Shown piece after piece: positions 51,550 to 61,657 of a DNA stretch of 64,000 bases (positions are counted from its first letter, which is position 1; the number at the start of each line of letters is the position of its first letter). A model generated the notes under the pieces. That model was given only the letters and a program-made list of their open reading frames with translations, was not told the origin of the DNA and made no database searches. The position numbers and the translations under genes are program-made. Source of the stretch: an uncultured delta proteobacterium (GTDB lineage: Bacteria > Desulfobacterota > Syntrophia > Syntrophales > Smithellaceae). The stretch covers positions 448,001 to 512,000 of the forward strand of contig CAVWEH010000005.1 of NCBI GenBank assembly GCA_963753975.1, read 5' to 3'.

Positions 51550-52785
51550 ATGAATAGCGGTGATACTGCGTGGGTTCTTGTGTCCACAGTACTGGTATTT
51601 GCGATGACTATACCAGGCCTAGCGTTTTTTTATGGAGGGTTGGTCAGGAGAAAAAATGTTCTTTCCATTTTGATGCAGTGTTTCATTATCATGTGCGTGA
51701 TCAGCCTCCAATGGGTGTTGTTCGGTTATTCCCTTTCTTTCGGACCCGATACCGGAGGGGGAATTATTGGGAGTCTTAAATGGGCCGGTCTTAATTTTGT
51801 GGGCAGCCAGCCGAATCCCGATTATGCGGCGACGATTCCTCATTCCGTTTTCATGATTTTTCAGATGATGTTCGCGGTAATTACACCGGCTTTGATTATC
51901 GGCGCCTTTGCCGAGCGCATGAAATTTTCCGCTTTTTTGATTTTCACTGTCCTGTGGGCTACTTTTGTTTATAATCCCCTGGCCCACTGGGTCTGGGGTA
52001 TGGGCGGCTGGATGAAAGCTCTTGGCGGCCTGGACTTTGCGGGCGGCATTGTCGTCCACGCGAGCTCCGGTGTATCGGCTCTGGTTATCTGCCTTCTTTT
52101 GGGTCGAAGAATCGGCTATCAGCATTCCCCTTTCCGGCCGCACAACCTGCCCTTCACTGTTTTGGGGGCCGCGCTGCTCTGGTTCGGATGGTTTGGCTTT
52201 AACGCCGGCTCCGCTTTGGCCGCAGACGGAATCGCAGCTAATGCTTTTGTAACCACGCAGGTCGCCACGGCGGCGGCCGGATTAACCTGGGCTTTAATTG
52301 AATGGCAACAACATGGCGCACCGACTATTCTCGGAGCATGCACGGGCGCTGTTGCGGGGCTTGTCGCTATCACGCCCGCCTGCGGATATGTAAACCCCAT
52401 GAATGCCATCTTTATCGGTATACTTGTCTCCGTGTTTTGTTATATCGCCATCGCAGTTATCAAAAGCAAACTGGGCTACGACGACGCTTTGGACGCGTTT
52501 GGTGTTCACGGCGTAGGAGGTATTTGGGGCACGATTGCTGTTGGTCTTTTCGCCGAAAAAGCAGTCAACGCCGGCGGCGCCAACGGGCTTTTCTTCGGAG
52601 ATACACATCAATTTCTTGTGCAACTAATGATGGTGGCTGTTGCGCCTGCTTTTGCGGCGGTGATGACCTGGATACTCTTTAAGTTTGTGGATGCCGTCTT
52701 CGGTATGCGGGTGGAAGAAAAACAAGAAGTTATCGGCCTTGACCTGACTCAACAGAGTGAAACGGCCTATACGGTTATTGAATAA
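51550..52785 (+). CDS. amtB: Ammonium transporter
   Basis: FYGGLVR, FQMMFA, DFAGGIVVH, WFGWFGFNAGS, DAFGVHG. Confidence 0.97.
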   Translation: MNSGDTAWVLVSTVLVFAMTIPGLAFFYGGLVRRKNVLSILMQCFIIMCVISLQWVLFGYSLSFGPDTGGGIIGSLKWAGLNFVGSQPNPDYAATIPHSVFMIFQMMFAVITPALIIGAFAERMKFSAFLIFTVLWATFVYNPLAHWVWGMGGWMKALGGLDFAGGIVVHASSGVSALVICLLLGRRIGYQHSPFRPHNLPFTVLGAALLWFGWFGFNAGSALAADGIAANAFVTTQVATAAAGLTWALIEWQQHGAPTILGACTGAVAGLVAITPACGYVNPMNAIFIGILVSVFCYIAIAVIKSKLGYDDALDAFGVHGVGGIWGTIAVGLFAEKAVNAGGANGLFFGDTHQFLVQLMMVAVAPAFAAVMTWILFKFVDAVFGMRVEEKQEVIGLDLTQQSETAYTVIE

Positions 52786-52799
52786 GGAGGACATAAACC

Positions 52800-53141
52800 A
52801 TGAAATATATTGTCGCGATTATACAGCCGCATAAACTGGATGATGTAATGAAATCTCTGGAAGACGCCGATGTCACCTTGATGACGGTTTCCAATGTCCT
52901 GGGCCGGGGGCGTCAGAAGGGCATTACAGAAGTTTATCGTGGCGCCAAGGAAGTAGGCAGTCTTTTGAAAAAAGTAAAGATCGAAATTGCCGTCAATGAA
53001 GACTTTGTGGAACCCACGATAAATGCCATAATGAAGGGTGCGCGCACCGGCGAAGTGGGTGATGGAAAGATATTCGTTACGGATCTTTATGAAGTGCTCC
53101 GTATCAGCACCAATGAACGGGGCGGCAAAGCCATCGGTTAG
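52800..53141 (+). CDS. glnK: P-II nitrogen regulator
   Basis: GRGRQKG, T-loop [17 protein letters not shown]; adjacent to amtB. Confidence 0.92.
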   Translation: MKYIVAIIQPHKLDDVMKSLEDADVTLMTVSNVLGRGRQKGITEVYRGAKEVGSLLKKVKIEIAVNEDFVEPTINAIMKGARTGEVGDGKIFVTDLYEVLRISTNERGGKAIG

Positions 53142-53153
53142 GAGGAATTTACG

Positions 53154-54569
53154 ATGAGTCTTAAAGATTTGACAAAATATTCCAAGGATAACCGCCTGGA
53201 ATTTATTGATCTGAAGTTTACGGATGTTCCTGGATTGTGGCAGCATATTACTATTCCCATTGAAGAGCTCACGGAAGACCTGATGGTTCACGGCACCGGT
53301 TTTGACGGATCGAGTATCCGGGGATTCCAGCCAATCAATGAAAGTGACATGCTGATCAAACCTGATCCGGAAACAGCGTTTGTTGATCCTTTCATGGCCG
53401 ACCCGACGCTGAGCATGATCTGCAATGTCAAAGATCCACTTACGCAGGTGCCTTACTCGCGTGATCCGCGCAACGTAGCTCAAAAAGCAGAGCGTTATCT
53501 TTCCTCTTGCGGTATCGCTGATCAGGTTTTTTTCGGGCCGGAGCCGGAGTTTTATATCTTCGATGATATCCGTTTTGAGCAAACATACAACAGTGGATTT
53601 TACAAAATAGATTCCAAAGAAGGGTTTTGGAATTCAGCCCGGGAGGAAAAACCCAACCTTGGTTACAAACCGCGTGTCAAGGAAGGATATTTCCCTGTTC
53701 CGCCAACAGACAGTCTACACAACCTTCGCGCCAAGATGACAAAGGTAATGAAAGAAGTTGGTATCGAAGTACTGTTGCATCACCATGAGGTAGGGACAGC
53801 GGGACAGTGTGAAATAGGCGTTCGCGTGAATACTCTAGTAAACACCGGCGATATGCTCATGAAATACAAATATGTCGTGAAAAACGTGGCTCTCGCCAAC
53901 GGCAAGACGGTTACCTTCATGCCCAAACCGATCTTTATGGATAACGGCTCCGGGATGCATGTCCATCAAAGTCTGTGGCGGGCGGGAAGGAATCTCTTCT
54001 ATGATACCAGCGGTTATGCCGGCATCAGCGAGATGTGCAGACATTATATCGGCGGGATTTTGCATCATGCGCCGTCGCTTCTTGCCTTTACTTCTCCGAC
54101 AACAAATTCCTATAGAAGATTGGTTCCCGGCTATGAGGCGCCGATTAATCTTGTGTATTCCCAGCGCAACCGCAGCGCCTGTGTGAGAATTCCCATGTAT
54201 TCGCCGAGCGAAAAGGCGAAACGCATCGAATTTCGTTGCCCCGATTGTTCCTGCAATCCCTATCTGGCGCTGGCCGCGATGCTGATGGCGGGCTTAGATG
54301 GAATAGAAAACAAGATAGAGCCCCCAGCGCCTGTAGATGAGGATATATACGAACTTTCTGCGGAAGAAAAAAAACATATCCGGGCGACTCCCGGATCGCT
54401 CGCGGAAGTTCTAGATAATCTGGAGAAGGATCACGCTTATTTACTTAAAGGCGGCGTGTTTACCAAGGATCTCATCGAAGTATGGGTGGAATATAAACAT
54501 AAAAGAGAAGATGACATGATTCGCCTGCGGCCCCATCCTTACGAGTTTGCCATGTATTTCGATATTTAA
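53154..54569 (+). CDS. glnA: Glutamine synthetase type I
   Basis: [36 protein letters not shown], adenylylation loop DIYEL. Confidence 0.97.
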   Translation: MSLKDLTKYSKDNRLEFIDLKFTDVPGLWQHITIPIEELTEDLMVHGTGFDGSSIRGFQPINESDMLIKPDPETAFVDPFMADPTLSMICNVKDPLTQVPYSRDPRNVAQKAERYLSSCGIADQVFFGPEPEFYIFDDIRFEQTYNSGFYKIDSKEGFWNSAREEKPNLGYKPRVKEGYFPVPPTDSLHNLRAKMTKVMKEVGIEVLLHHHEVGTAGQCEIGVRVNTLVNTGDMLMKYKYVVKNVALANGKTVTFMPKPIFMDNGSGMHVHQSLWRAGRNLFYDTSGYAGISEMCRHYIGGILHHAPSLLAFTSPTTNSYRRLVPGYEAPINLVYSQRNRSACVRIPMYSPSEKAKRIEFRCPDCSCNPYLALAAMLMAGLDGIENKIEPPAPVDEDIYELSAEEKKHIRATPGSLAEVLDNLEKDHAYLLKGGVFTKDLIEVWVEYKHKREDDMIRLRPHPYEFAMYFDI

Positions 54570-54635
54570 GCGCAGGTCGCATCATCATAAAAGAAGAAAA
54601 TGTAAATTAAATATTTTACAAGGAGGAATAAATAT

Positions 54636-55937
54636 ATGAACACCGATATGATAGAAATATTTGTTGCGATCTTGGCCGTCATGGTCCTCATCATCTACAT
54701 TAAAGCGAACATGAAGATTTGTGAGCCCAATGAGATCATGATTTTTTCCGGACGCAGGTTTAAACAGAAAGACAAGGTACTGGGCCCCCGCATACTGGGC
54801 TACAGGGTTATCAGAGGTGGCCGGGGAATGAAAGTGCCGTTGATTGAAACGGTACGCACCATGTCGCTTAGCACCATGCCCATCGAGATGGATGTGACAG
54901 GCGCCCTGACGAAAGGCACCATACCAGTAAATGTAAAGGCAATGGCCAATGTTAAGATTGCCGGCACTCTGGAGGAGGGCCTGAGTAATGCTATTGAACG
55001 GTTTCTGGGAAAAAGTTCAACGGCTATCGCGAGCACGGCAAAGGATATCTTGGAGGGAACCCTGCGGGGTATTCTTGCCACTATGGAGCCCGAGGAAGCC
55101 AATGCGAATCGTTTGGTTGTTGCTCAGGATGTATCAAAAGAAGCCTCTGAAGACATGAAACGTATGGGTTTAGTTTTGGATATGTTCAAGATTCAGGTCA
55201 TCAAAGATGACAAGGGCTATCTCGAAGCTATCGCGCGAAAGAAAAATGCCGAGGTTCAGCGGGACGCCCGAATTGTGGAAGCACAATCCAACGCCGAAGC
55301 CAGCCGCAAGGAAGCCGAAAGCAGGAAAATAGCAGAGGTTGCCGATATTGAAGCAAGAAAAGTAGTAGTTGCTTCAGAAATGGATTTCCGGGTGAAACAG
55401 GCGGAATTGAAATCCGAAGCCAACAAGGCAGAAGAAAGAGCGAAGATGGCCGGAGAAATCGCCAGGATGGAAGAGACCACAACATTGGAAAAAAGGAAAG
55501 TAGAGACCAACAAATTGAAGTATCAAGCCGAGGTAGTGGTTCCCGCCGAAGCGGAAAAAGAAGCAAAGATAAGCAAAGCCAAAGGTGATGCTGCTTTTAC
55601 GTTTGAAGAGGGAAAATCCAAGGCAGAAGCGTTAAAACTCTTACGCGAGCAGTGGCAAAAAGAAGGTAGTAAAGACCTCTTTATGATTCAGCTTTTGCCT
55701 GAACTGGTCAGACATGTATCCAAGGTAATCGCCTCCAATTTGAATGTTGAGCGCCTGACCGTTGTGGACAGCGGCAATGGAAGTGGCGGCGGCTTACCCC
55801 ATCTGGTGGGTAACCTGGCCGGTTCCGTGAATTCCTTCTTCGAGCAAATGAAAACCCTCACAGGGTTGGATGTGGTTCGTCTTGTAGAAGAAAAATACGG
55901 CGCCGCACAATCCGTTAAAGCTAAACACACTGTGTAA
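54636..55937 (+). CDS. Flotillin/SPFH domain protein
   Basis: N-terminal TM helix, PNEIMIFSG, LEGTLRGILATM, AEA-rich coiled coil. Confidence 0.88.
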   Translation: MNTDMIEIFVAILAVMVLIIYIKANMKICEPNEIMIFSGRRFKQKDKVLGPRILGYRVIRGGRGMKVPLIETVRTMSLSTMPIEMDVTGALTKGTIPVNVKAMANVKIAGTLEEGLSNAIERFLGKSSTAIASTAKDILEGTLRGILATMEPEEANANRLVVAQDVSKEASEDMKRMGLVLDMFKIQVIKDDKGYLEAIARKKNAEVQRDARIVEAQSNAEASRKEAESRKIAEVADIEARKVVVASEMDFRVKQAELKSEANKAEERAKMAGEIARMEETTTLEKRKVETNKLKYQAEVVVPAEAEKEAKISKAKGDAAFTFEEGKSKAEALKLLREQWQKEGSKDLFMIQLLPELVRHVSKVIASNLNVERLTVVDSGNGSGGGLPHLVGNLAGSVNSFFEQMKTLTGLDVVRLVEEKYGAAQSVKAKHTV

Positions 55938-56016
55938 GCTGTTTGATTTTTATAGAACGCGAGGAAAAATCAATATCTCTTTTTGCGATAAACATAGAGA
56001 AAGGAGATTGTCTGTC

Positions 56017-56910
56017 ATGAGCAATAGAAAATATAGGAAAGGGGTTATCGGATCATTCATCTTATACTTCCTTTTTACCCTTACTCCGGCTTCGCCATTG
56101 TATGCAGAAAATGCGAAGCCGGAGCAGAAGCCCGTCGAACAAACACAGGAGGAAGATAAGGTGACGGGCGAACTTGATTTGAGTGTCCTTAGCGCCTATA
56201 TCTGGCGCGGGTATGAGCAGACACGTGACAGCGTTGTCGTCCAGCCGGCGGCAACGGTAAGCTATAAAGGATTTTCGGTAAATGTCTGGGGAAACCTGGA
56301 TACCAAACCATATTCCGCCGCTGATGCCAAGTATGGCGCTAAATACACAGAGACGGACTACACTGCTTTCTATTCTAAGAAATTTGGAATTTTGCAGGTG
56401 ACTCCCGGCTATATTTACTATGCATTGGGTGCGCCTTATGCCGGTGGCACTGCTCCACTTGATTCTCAGGAGCTCTTTCTCACATTGGGGTTAGATACAA
56501 TTTTATCGCCGACACTGACTGCCTATAAGGAAATTGATCATTACCGTCAGTGGTATTTTTTGCTGGGGGTTTCCCATACCATCGAATTCAATAAAATCGT
56601 CAGTTTAAAACTAGCGGCTTCGGCAAGTTACCTGCTTTCTACCGATGAAACGACTTATGCAAAATATGACAGCAATTCTTTACCCACAACGGATAAGTAC
56701 AATAATTTTCACGATGGAACAGTTTCCGCTTCGCTGCCCATAGCAGTTTATAAGACATTATCGGTCACGCCAACGATATCTTATGTTTTTCCTCTTTGCG
56801 ATGATGCCAGATATGAAATGAAAGGGCGTGGCCTGCAAGGCGTTACCAATCCATCCGATAGGAATAGTTCATTCCTCTATGGAGGTGTAACGTTCAGTTT
56901 TAGTTTTTGA
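56017..56910 (+). CDS. Outer-membrane beta-barrel protein (TorF-like putative porin)
   Basis: Signal peptide, SAYIWRGYEQT..VVQP, ETDY, C-terminal YGGVTFSFSF. Confidence 0.7.
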   Translation: MSNRKYRKGVIGSFILYFLFTLTPASPLYAENAKPEQKPVEQTQEEDKVTGELDLSVLSAYIWRGYEQTRDSVVVQPAATVSYKGFSVNVWGNLDTKPYSAADAKYGAKYTETDYTAFYSKKFGILQVTPGYIYYALGAPYAGGTAPLDSQELFLTLGLDTILSPTLTAYKEIDHYRQWYFLLGVSHTIEFNKIVSLKLAASASYLLSTDETTYAKYDSNSLPTTDKYNNFHDGTVSASLPIAVYKTLSVTPTISYVFPLCDDARYEMKGRGLQGVTNPSDRNSSFLYGGVTFSFSF

Positions 56911-57005
56911 ACATATCTTGGATAAAACCGGACGGAAGCGATAATAGTTCATCCCCCGTGCGGAATTATTTACTTCCATGTATATTTGATATAAAAGAAG
57001 GCTGT

Positions 57006-57377
57006 ATGAAGAATTTTATTTTCTTTCTTTTATTATTTGCGTCCTCGACTTCATCTTGCTTTGCGGAAGAATCAAAAAATCCCAAAGTAATTAAAGTGCA
57101 AGTGGGGCATAATATCACCATTATTCTGAAATCCAACCCGACAACCGGCTACCAATGGCAATTCGCCAACCCGCTGGACGAAAGCACTCTGAAATTAATA
57201 AGCTCAGAATATTTGGCGGATAAAACCGAACTTGTCGGCGTAGGCGGAAAACAAGTCTGGCGCTTTAGAGCGCTGAAGCCGGGTGAGACTAGTATTTCTT
57301 TCAAATATGTGCGTCCCTGGGAGAAAAACACTCCGCCGCGAAATGCGGAATCCTATCTGGTGATCATAAAACAGTAG
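57006..57377 (+). CDS. Chagasin-like protease inhibitor I42
   Basis: SNPTTGYQW, VGVGG, YVRPWE. Confidence 0.88.
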   Translation: MKNFIFFLLLFASSTSSCFAEESKNPKVIKVQVGHNITIILKSNPTTGYQWQFANPLDESTLKLISSEYLADKTELVGVGGKQVWRFRALKPGETSISFKYVRPWEKNTPPRNAESYLVIIKQ

Positions 57378-57405
57378 TCAATATAATCTCGCAAATTTTC
57401 TTAGC

Positions 57406-57465
57406 CGCTAACAAGAAAGGTGGAGGCGGTGCTAAGCGTAAGCAGATCGACACCAAGGATTATCT
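57406..57465 (-). other. Degenerate attC-like site (60 bp)
   Basis: Minus strand AGATAAT...central hairpin tgcttacgcttagca...cctccacctttcttGTTAGCG, 32 nt after the CMD gene. Confidence 0.45.
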
Positions 57466-57497
57466 TCGTTTTTTCCCACATCAATTTATTTTAATTA

Positions 57498-57803
57498 TTA
57501 ACCCTTTTCAACAAGATATTCCTCAAAAAACTCTTTATGCCAATTAAGCTGCGTTCCCGCGGACTGCAATGAAGCAATAAGTATAGCTTCCGCTATTTCT
57601 TGTTTTGTAGCGCCCGCTTTCAGCGCGTCTTTAATATGATGTTCTGTGCAGTGTTTGCATCGAAACACGGAGGCTATTGCTAACCGGAGGAGCTCTTTTG
57701 TTTTTGCATCCAGAACAGTCTTCTGTTTAGCAACATTGGAAAAATGCTGGTAAGCGGCACCCAAAGGCGATTGCTTTAAATACCATGGACTTTCATTACT
57801 CAT
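57498..57803 (-). CDS. Carboxymuconolactone decarboxylase/AhpD family protein
   Basis: LDAKTKELL, CKHCTEHH, GATKQEIAE. Confidence 0.88.
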   Translation of the reverse strand: MSNESPWYLKQSPLGAAYQHFSNVAKQKTVLDAKTKELLRLAIASVFRCKHCTEHHIKDALKAGATKQEIAEAILIASLQSAGTQLNWHKEFFEEYLVEKG

Positions 57804-57917
57804 TTTATTCCTCCTTATTATTTTTTAATTACAACTAAAAAATTCTAAACAACCTGCAACATCTGCTCTTACTGGGAGTACCGATTTCAGTTGTGCGAAT
57901 TGTACGACAGCATATTA

Positions 57918-58328
57918 TTAGCCGCTTTTACCAAACGGCCGCGGACGAATAATAAACCAGCTTCCAATCACCGCGAGACCAAATACTGTGTAGCATAAGG
58001 TAAATATCCACCAGGGAGCTTCATAGTAGAGAAGCACGCCGAGCCAATGCGCCACAAAGCTTCCTGTATAAACGGCATCGCCGGTTCGCTGCCGAAGAGC
58101 ATTTTCCAAGATAGTAAGCGGACACAACATTCCCCACCAGGTTTGTGCGACAACTATTCCAATAGCTAAGAGATGGGCCAATCTGAACCACGGATTTCTG
58201 ATCCAGCGCCACCCGCGAAAACCACCCCATAAAATCAGCACCAGCCCAAAAACGACAAACATGACGAATGACGTGTGTAGTAGCAGCACTAAATCCGATA
58301 AGACACGAAACAAAACATTTTCACTCAT
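57918..58328 (-). CDS. DUF2784 family membrane protein
   Basis: DLVLLLH..F..FVVFG, CPLTILENALR. Confidence 0.8.
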   Translation of the reverse strand: MSENVLFRVLSDLVLLLHTSFVMFVVFGLVLILWGGFRGWRWIRNPWFRLAHLLAIGIVVAQTWWGMLCPLTILENALRQRTGDAVYTGSFVAHWLGVLLYYEAPWWIFTLCYTVFGLAVIGSWFIIRPRPFGKSG

Positions 58329-58469
58329 CCATGCTACCTAAAATTTTTTATATAGCTCGATATAACATTCACACAAAGCATACTTTATATTTACCTACTC
58401 CCTTTATCTTATATCGAAATCTAACTGCTCAAATTAGATTTAATCACGGCTATTAATCTCAAAGCAAAG

Positions 58470-58611
58470 TACCCTCCGCTTTGCGGGATAATTCGACCTG
58501 CAAGCTTCAGCGGTGACGTGACCTTTAGGTTATGCATCCTGTTTCTGAAACTTGGGTCTCATTACAACTTACCAATTTCGATGCGCTTCGCTTTCGGAAT
58601 TGGAGTTTCAC
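58470..58611 (+). repeat. Most complete copy of the modular palindromic repeat family
   Basis: Contains all modules seen at 2298, 12666, 12818 and 51065; supplies the last ~16 codons of the hydrolase gene. Confidence 0.8.
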
Positions 58612-59467
58612 TAATGAAATTCAATATAAGAGGCCAAATTTCCTTTTGAGAATCATGGCTGGCTATCAGCCGCGGATGATTATAATCCTCGGCAAAACCA
58701 TTTTTTTTAGAGCAGAGAATAAATTTCTTGTTTCTGCTATTCAATGCTTTGAACAAATCATAACATCCCGCGGGAGGAGCAATTTTATCTCCGCCCCCGG
58801 CAATACAAAGTGCCGGTATGGAAATTTTTTGAAGAGCTTCTAAATAATCGAATTTATCTTTTCCCAGCCACCTCCCTGTCCAATTCCACTTACACCATTG
58901 CTGCATAAAGCCCATGCGTTCATTTTCCGGACCTAATCCAAAAAGGGGACCGGGCATTTGACCAAACAGACGCATGATAATCATGATCAGTATTAAACTG
59001 ATTTTTTGGAAAAACGTTTTACCCGCGCCTGTTGTTTGAGAGCCGAGAGCGACAAGAATTTGAATTTCTTTTTGCCTATCGACATCCCTGGCTATGTACA
59101 TCAGCGGCAAAAATCCCCCGCTGCTATGGCCAACCCAAATACATGCTTTATGTTTCGTTTCCGCTTGTACTGCTTTCAGAACAGAGGGGATGTCGCAAAG
59201 CGCATAATCTTCCGCATCGGGAGTCAAATCCCCGAATTCACTTTGGCCGTGGCCGCTATATTCATAAATCCAGCAATCAAAACCTTCTTTGTTCAGAAAT
59301 TGAGCCAGCTCCTGACAGATGGACGCGTTGGAAAACGTGCCATGAGTCATAACAACAGGAGGATAATTTGATGTTTTATTCGGAAATCTATATAAGGCAA
59401 GCTTACTGTTTTTTGCGCTCTCAACAAAGGAAGGCTCGGGTAAAGAATTGTTATATTTATAGGCCAT
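58562..59467 (-). CDS. Alpha/beta hydrolase
   Basis: HGTFSN, GHGQS, GHSSGG nucleophile motif, D.IAP, YNH. Confidence 0.85.
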   Translation of the reverse strand: MAYKYNNSLPEPSFVESAKNSKLALYRFPNKTSNYPPVVMTHGTFSNASICQELAQFLNKEGFDCWIYEYSGHGQSEFGDLTPDAEDYALCDIPSVLKAVQAETKHKACIWVGHSSGGFLPLMYIARDVDRQKEIQILVALGSQTTGAGKTFFQKISLILIMIIMRLFGQMPGPLFGLGPENERMGFMQQWCKWNWTGRWLGKDKFDYLEALQKISIPALCIAGGGDKIAPPAGCYDLFKALNSRNKKFILCSKKNGFAEDYNHPRLIASHDSQKEIWPLILNFISETPIPKAKRIEIGKL

Positions 59468-59582
59468 AAGAATTAGCGAAACATAGTGAGGCGGTTCAAG
59501 CTATGTATGCACCTGTTTTCTTTATTTGCATTTCCTTTTTTGTGAGCGATGTTTTCGTTTTCAGGGCATGAGAAAACGATAA

Positions 59583-60143
59583 TTAAATCTTGCTTCCAGC
59601 GATATATTTATACAACCGCTCTGCGTGCTCTTTGGCCCGCTGCTCCACTTCTTCCTTTTTATTATAGACGCCCGGAACGTAAATCATATTATAAGATACA
59701 AGAGGAGTGTTGTATTTCATGCCGGTGAGGTTTGTCATTTGCTGCAAAGGTTTCAGAAGCTCGTTAATCGGGAAGTTGTTGTAGCCGCCCGCTTTATAAG
59801 CATCTTCCGACCCTCCTACGGTTGTGGATACGAGAAACTGCTTTCCTTTTAATTTATTTCCCGTAGAACCAAAGGCAAAGCCGTAGGTGAAGGCTTGATC
59901 TATCCATTCTTTGAGAATGCCGGGCACGCCATACCAGTAGAAAGGAAATTGAAAAATAATCGATTCCGCTTCGATAAGAGCCGCCTGCTCAGTTTCGATG
60001 TTAACTTTGAAGGATGGGTACTCCTGATAAAGATCCTTGATTTTCACGCATTCGAGAGTCTTGACCTTTTCAATAATTATTTTGTTGGCAATGGATTTTT
60101 TCTCCATACTGGGATGGGCCAGTACGACAAGCGTCTTTTTCAT
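59583..60143 (-). CDS. NAD(P)H-dependent oxidoreductase, flavodoxin-like fold (KefF/G-like)
   Basis: LAHP, QFPFYWYGVPGILKEWID, GFAFG. Confidence 0.88.
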   Translation of the reverse strand: MKKTLVVLAHPSMEKKSIANKIIIEKVKTLECVKIKDLYQEYPSFKVNIETEQAALIEAESIIFQFPFYWYGVPGILKEWIDQAFTYGFAFGSTGNKLKGKQFLVSTTVGGSEDAYKAGGYNNFPINELLKPLQQMTNLTGMKYNTPLVSYNMIYVPGVYNKKEEVEQRAKEHAERLYKYIAGSKI

Positions 60144-60277
60144 AAAATTTCTCCCTTATGGCTATTTAACCAAGGTTTACGGAAGCTGTGTTTTAGTGCT
60201 TCGATGGATAGCTTGGCTTCTTGCATGTGCCTTTTTTGCCCTTCTCAAACTCTCGATTCGGTTATCCGCTATCCTTT

Positions 60278-60511
60278 TTATTTAAATGGGTTATACCCTG
60301 GTTTCTTGTATAACTTTTCCTGCTTATCAAGGATATCCGGCCTATAGACTTCTTCCGCCCAAATCTCTGGTTTGATTTCCTCGATAGCTACTGAAACTGA
60401 TTTTTCTTCGCACTTCATGATGGCGACAACATCTTTAACTATTGCTTCGGCAAGTTGAGTTTTCTGCTGTTCTGATCTTCCCGGATATAGCTTTATGATA
60501 ACATGAGGCAT
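60278..60511 (-). CDS. 4-oxalocrotonate tautomerase family protein
   Basis: Pro-1 start MPHVIIKLYPGRSEQQK; AGGAGG RBS. Confidence 0.88.
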   Translation of the reverse strand: MPHVIIKLYPGRSEQQKTQLAEAIVKDVVAIMKCEEKSVSVAIEEIKPEIWAEEVYRPDILDKQEKLYKKPGYNPFK

Positions 60512-60678
60512 CATTTCCTCCTTCAATTCATCACATAACAATACTTATATAGTCTGTCTGTATAAATCGGGAAACATAGACTGTTACTTTTTTTATAAGA
60601 CCTTCCCGTGTCTTCCCCTTTATTTATGAATATACAAATAATATTAATATGTTACACAGAAAGAGGAGCGCTTTGCTT

Positions 60679-61344
60679 TCACTTTTTCAACAATTCTAGC
60701 CGTTCTTTGATACTTTCTGCTTTGGCTGTGTCCCCGCGGTTGAGGTAATATTTTTGCAGTTTGTTTAAATAAGCCCAGAGCGGCCGCTTCCAGCCGTTAT
60801 CGGAGGAAGTATTTATGGCAATCTGTAAAATATTTTCATCGTAGGGCAAATATTTTACCCAGATGCCGCAGGCAATCAAACGGGAAAGAGGATCAGCGAT
60901 GGAAGGAATTTCCTGGAGAGCTTTGGCCAAATCTTTATTCCGGACGAACTGGATAAAGCTTAAATATTGGGAAGGCAGTAGATTATCTTCTACAACAGTA
61001 AAATTTCCTTTCAAAAAATTATAATAAGCGAAATTAGAGGCAATGGGATGGAGTTTATTAATTCGGACAAATTCGCTGTCGTCAAAATCTTCCAGCGCTG
61101 CTGTATGCAAGGCATACTTGTTCAAATAAATTCTGGCTAAGAAATTTAAATCGTTGTCGCCGGATGCAGCTTTTCTTGCTTTATCAAAATGAGGCTCTGC
61201 AACATCTTCTTTCCCGTTTAAAAAATTAACTTTATAATTTTCCAACTGTCGGAAAGAGGCATCTTTCCATTCAGGGATATGTTTTTGGTTCAAGCCGCAG
61301 GAACAAATAAATATTACGATTGCTGCAGTTAAAATTTTTCTCAT
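60679..61344 (-). CDS. Hypothetical lipoprotein
   Basis: Lipobox ICSC; helical; 221 aa. Confidence 0.7.
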   Translation of the reverse strand: MRKILTAAIVIFICSCGLNQKHIPEWKDASFRQLENYKVNFLNGKEDVAEPHFDKARKAASGDNDLNFLARIYLNKYALHTAALEDFDDSEFVRINKLHPIASNFAYYNFLKGNFTVVEDNLLPSQYLSFIQFVRNKDLAKALQEIPSIADPLSRLIACGIWVKYLPYDENILQIAINTSSDNGWKRPLWAYLNKLQKYYLNRGDTAKAESIKERLELLKK

Positions 61345-61551
61345 GGCACTTTTATCGCCGGTCCTTTTTTCTGGGAAAGAATTGCATCAATTTCTCTGGC
61401 TACATCGTCCAAGATTTTAACCGTGTCGTCTATATCCGAGCGCGGTGTCCGAAAATCCTTATGCCTTCCGATACCTCTTTGCTTATCTTGTAAGATGATT
61501 AATCCTAGCACATGATTATCCAAACTTCAAACCGCCAATACCAATATTTCA

Positions 61552-61579
61552 TTGACAAATACAAGACAATCGGTATATT
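61552..61579 (+). promoter_or_regulatory. Putative sigma70 promoter of degP
   Basis: TTGACA-16 nt-TATATT. Confidence 0.45.
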
Positions 61580-61657
61580 GACCGGCGATACGCGAAGATA
61601 AAGTCTTTAGCGCGGCATTCATGACCGCAATTTTTTACCGACAAAGCGGAGGATTAT

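Noticed and set aside
60650..60665. Second parS-like sequence tgttacacagaaagag
   Set aside because: Right half does not match the palindrome
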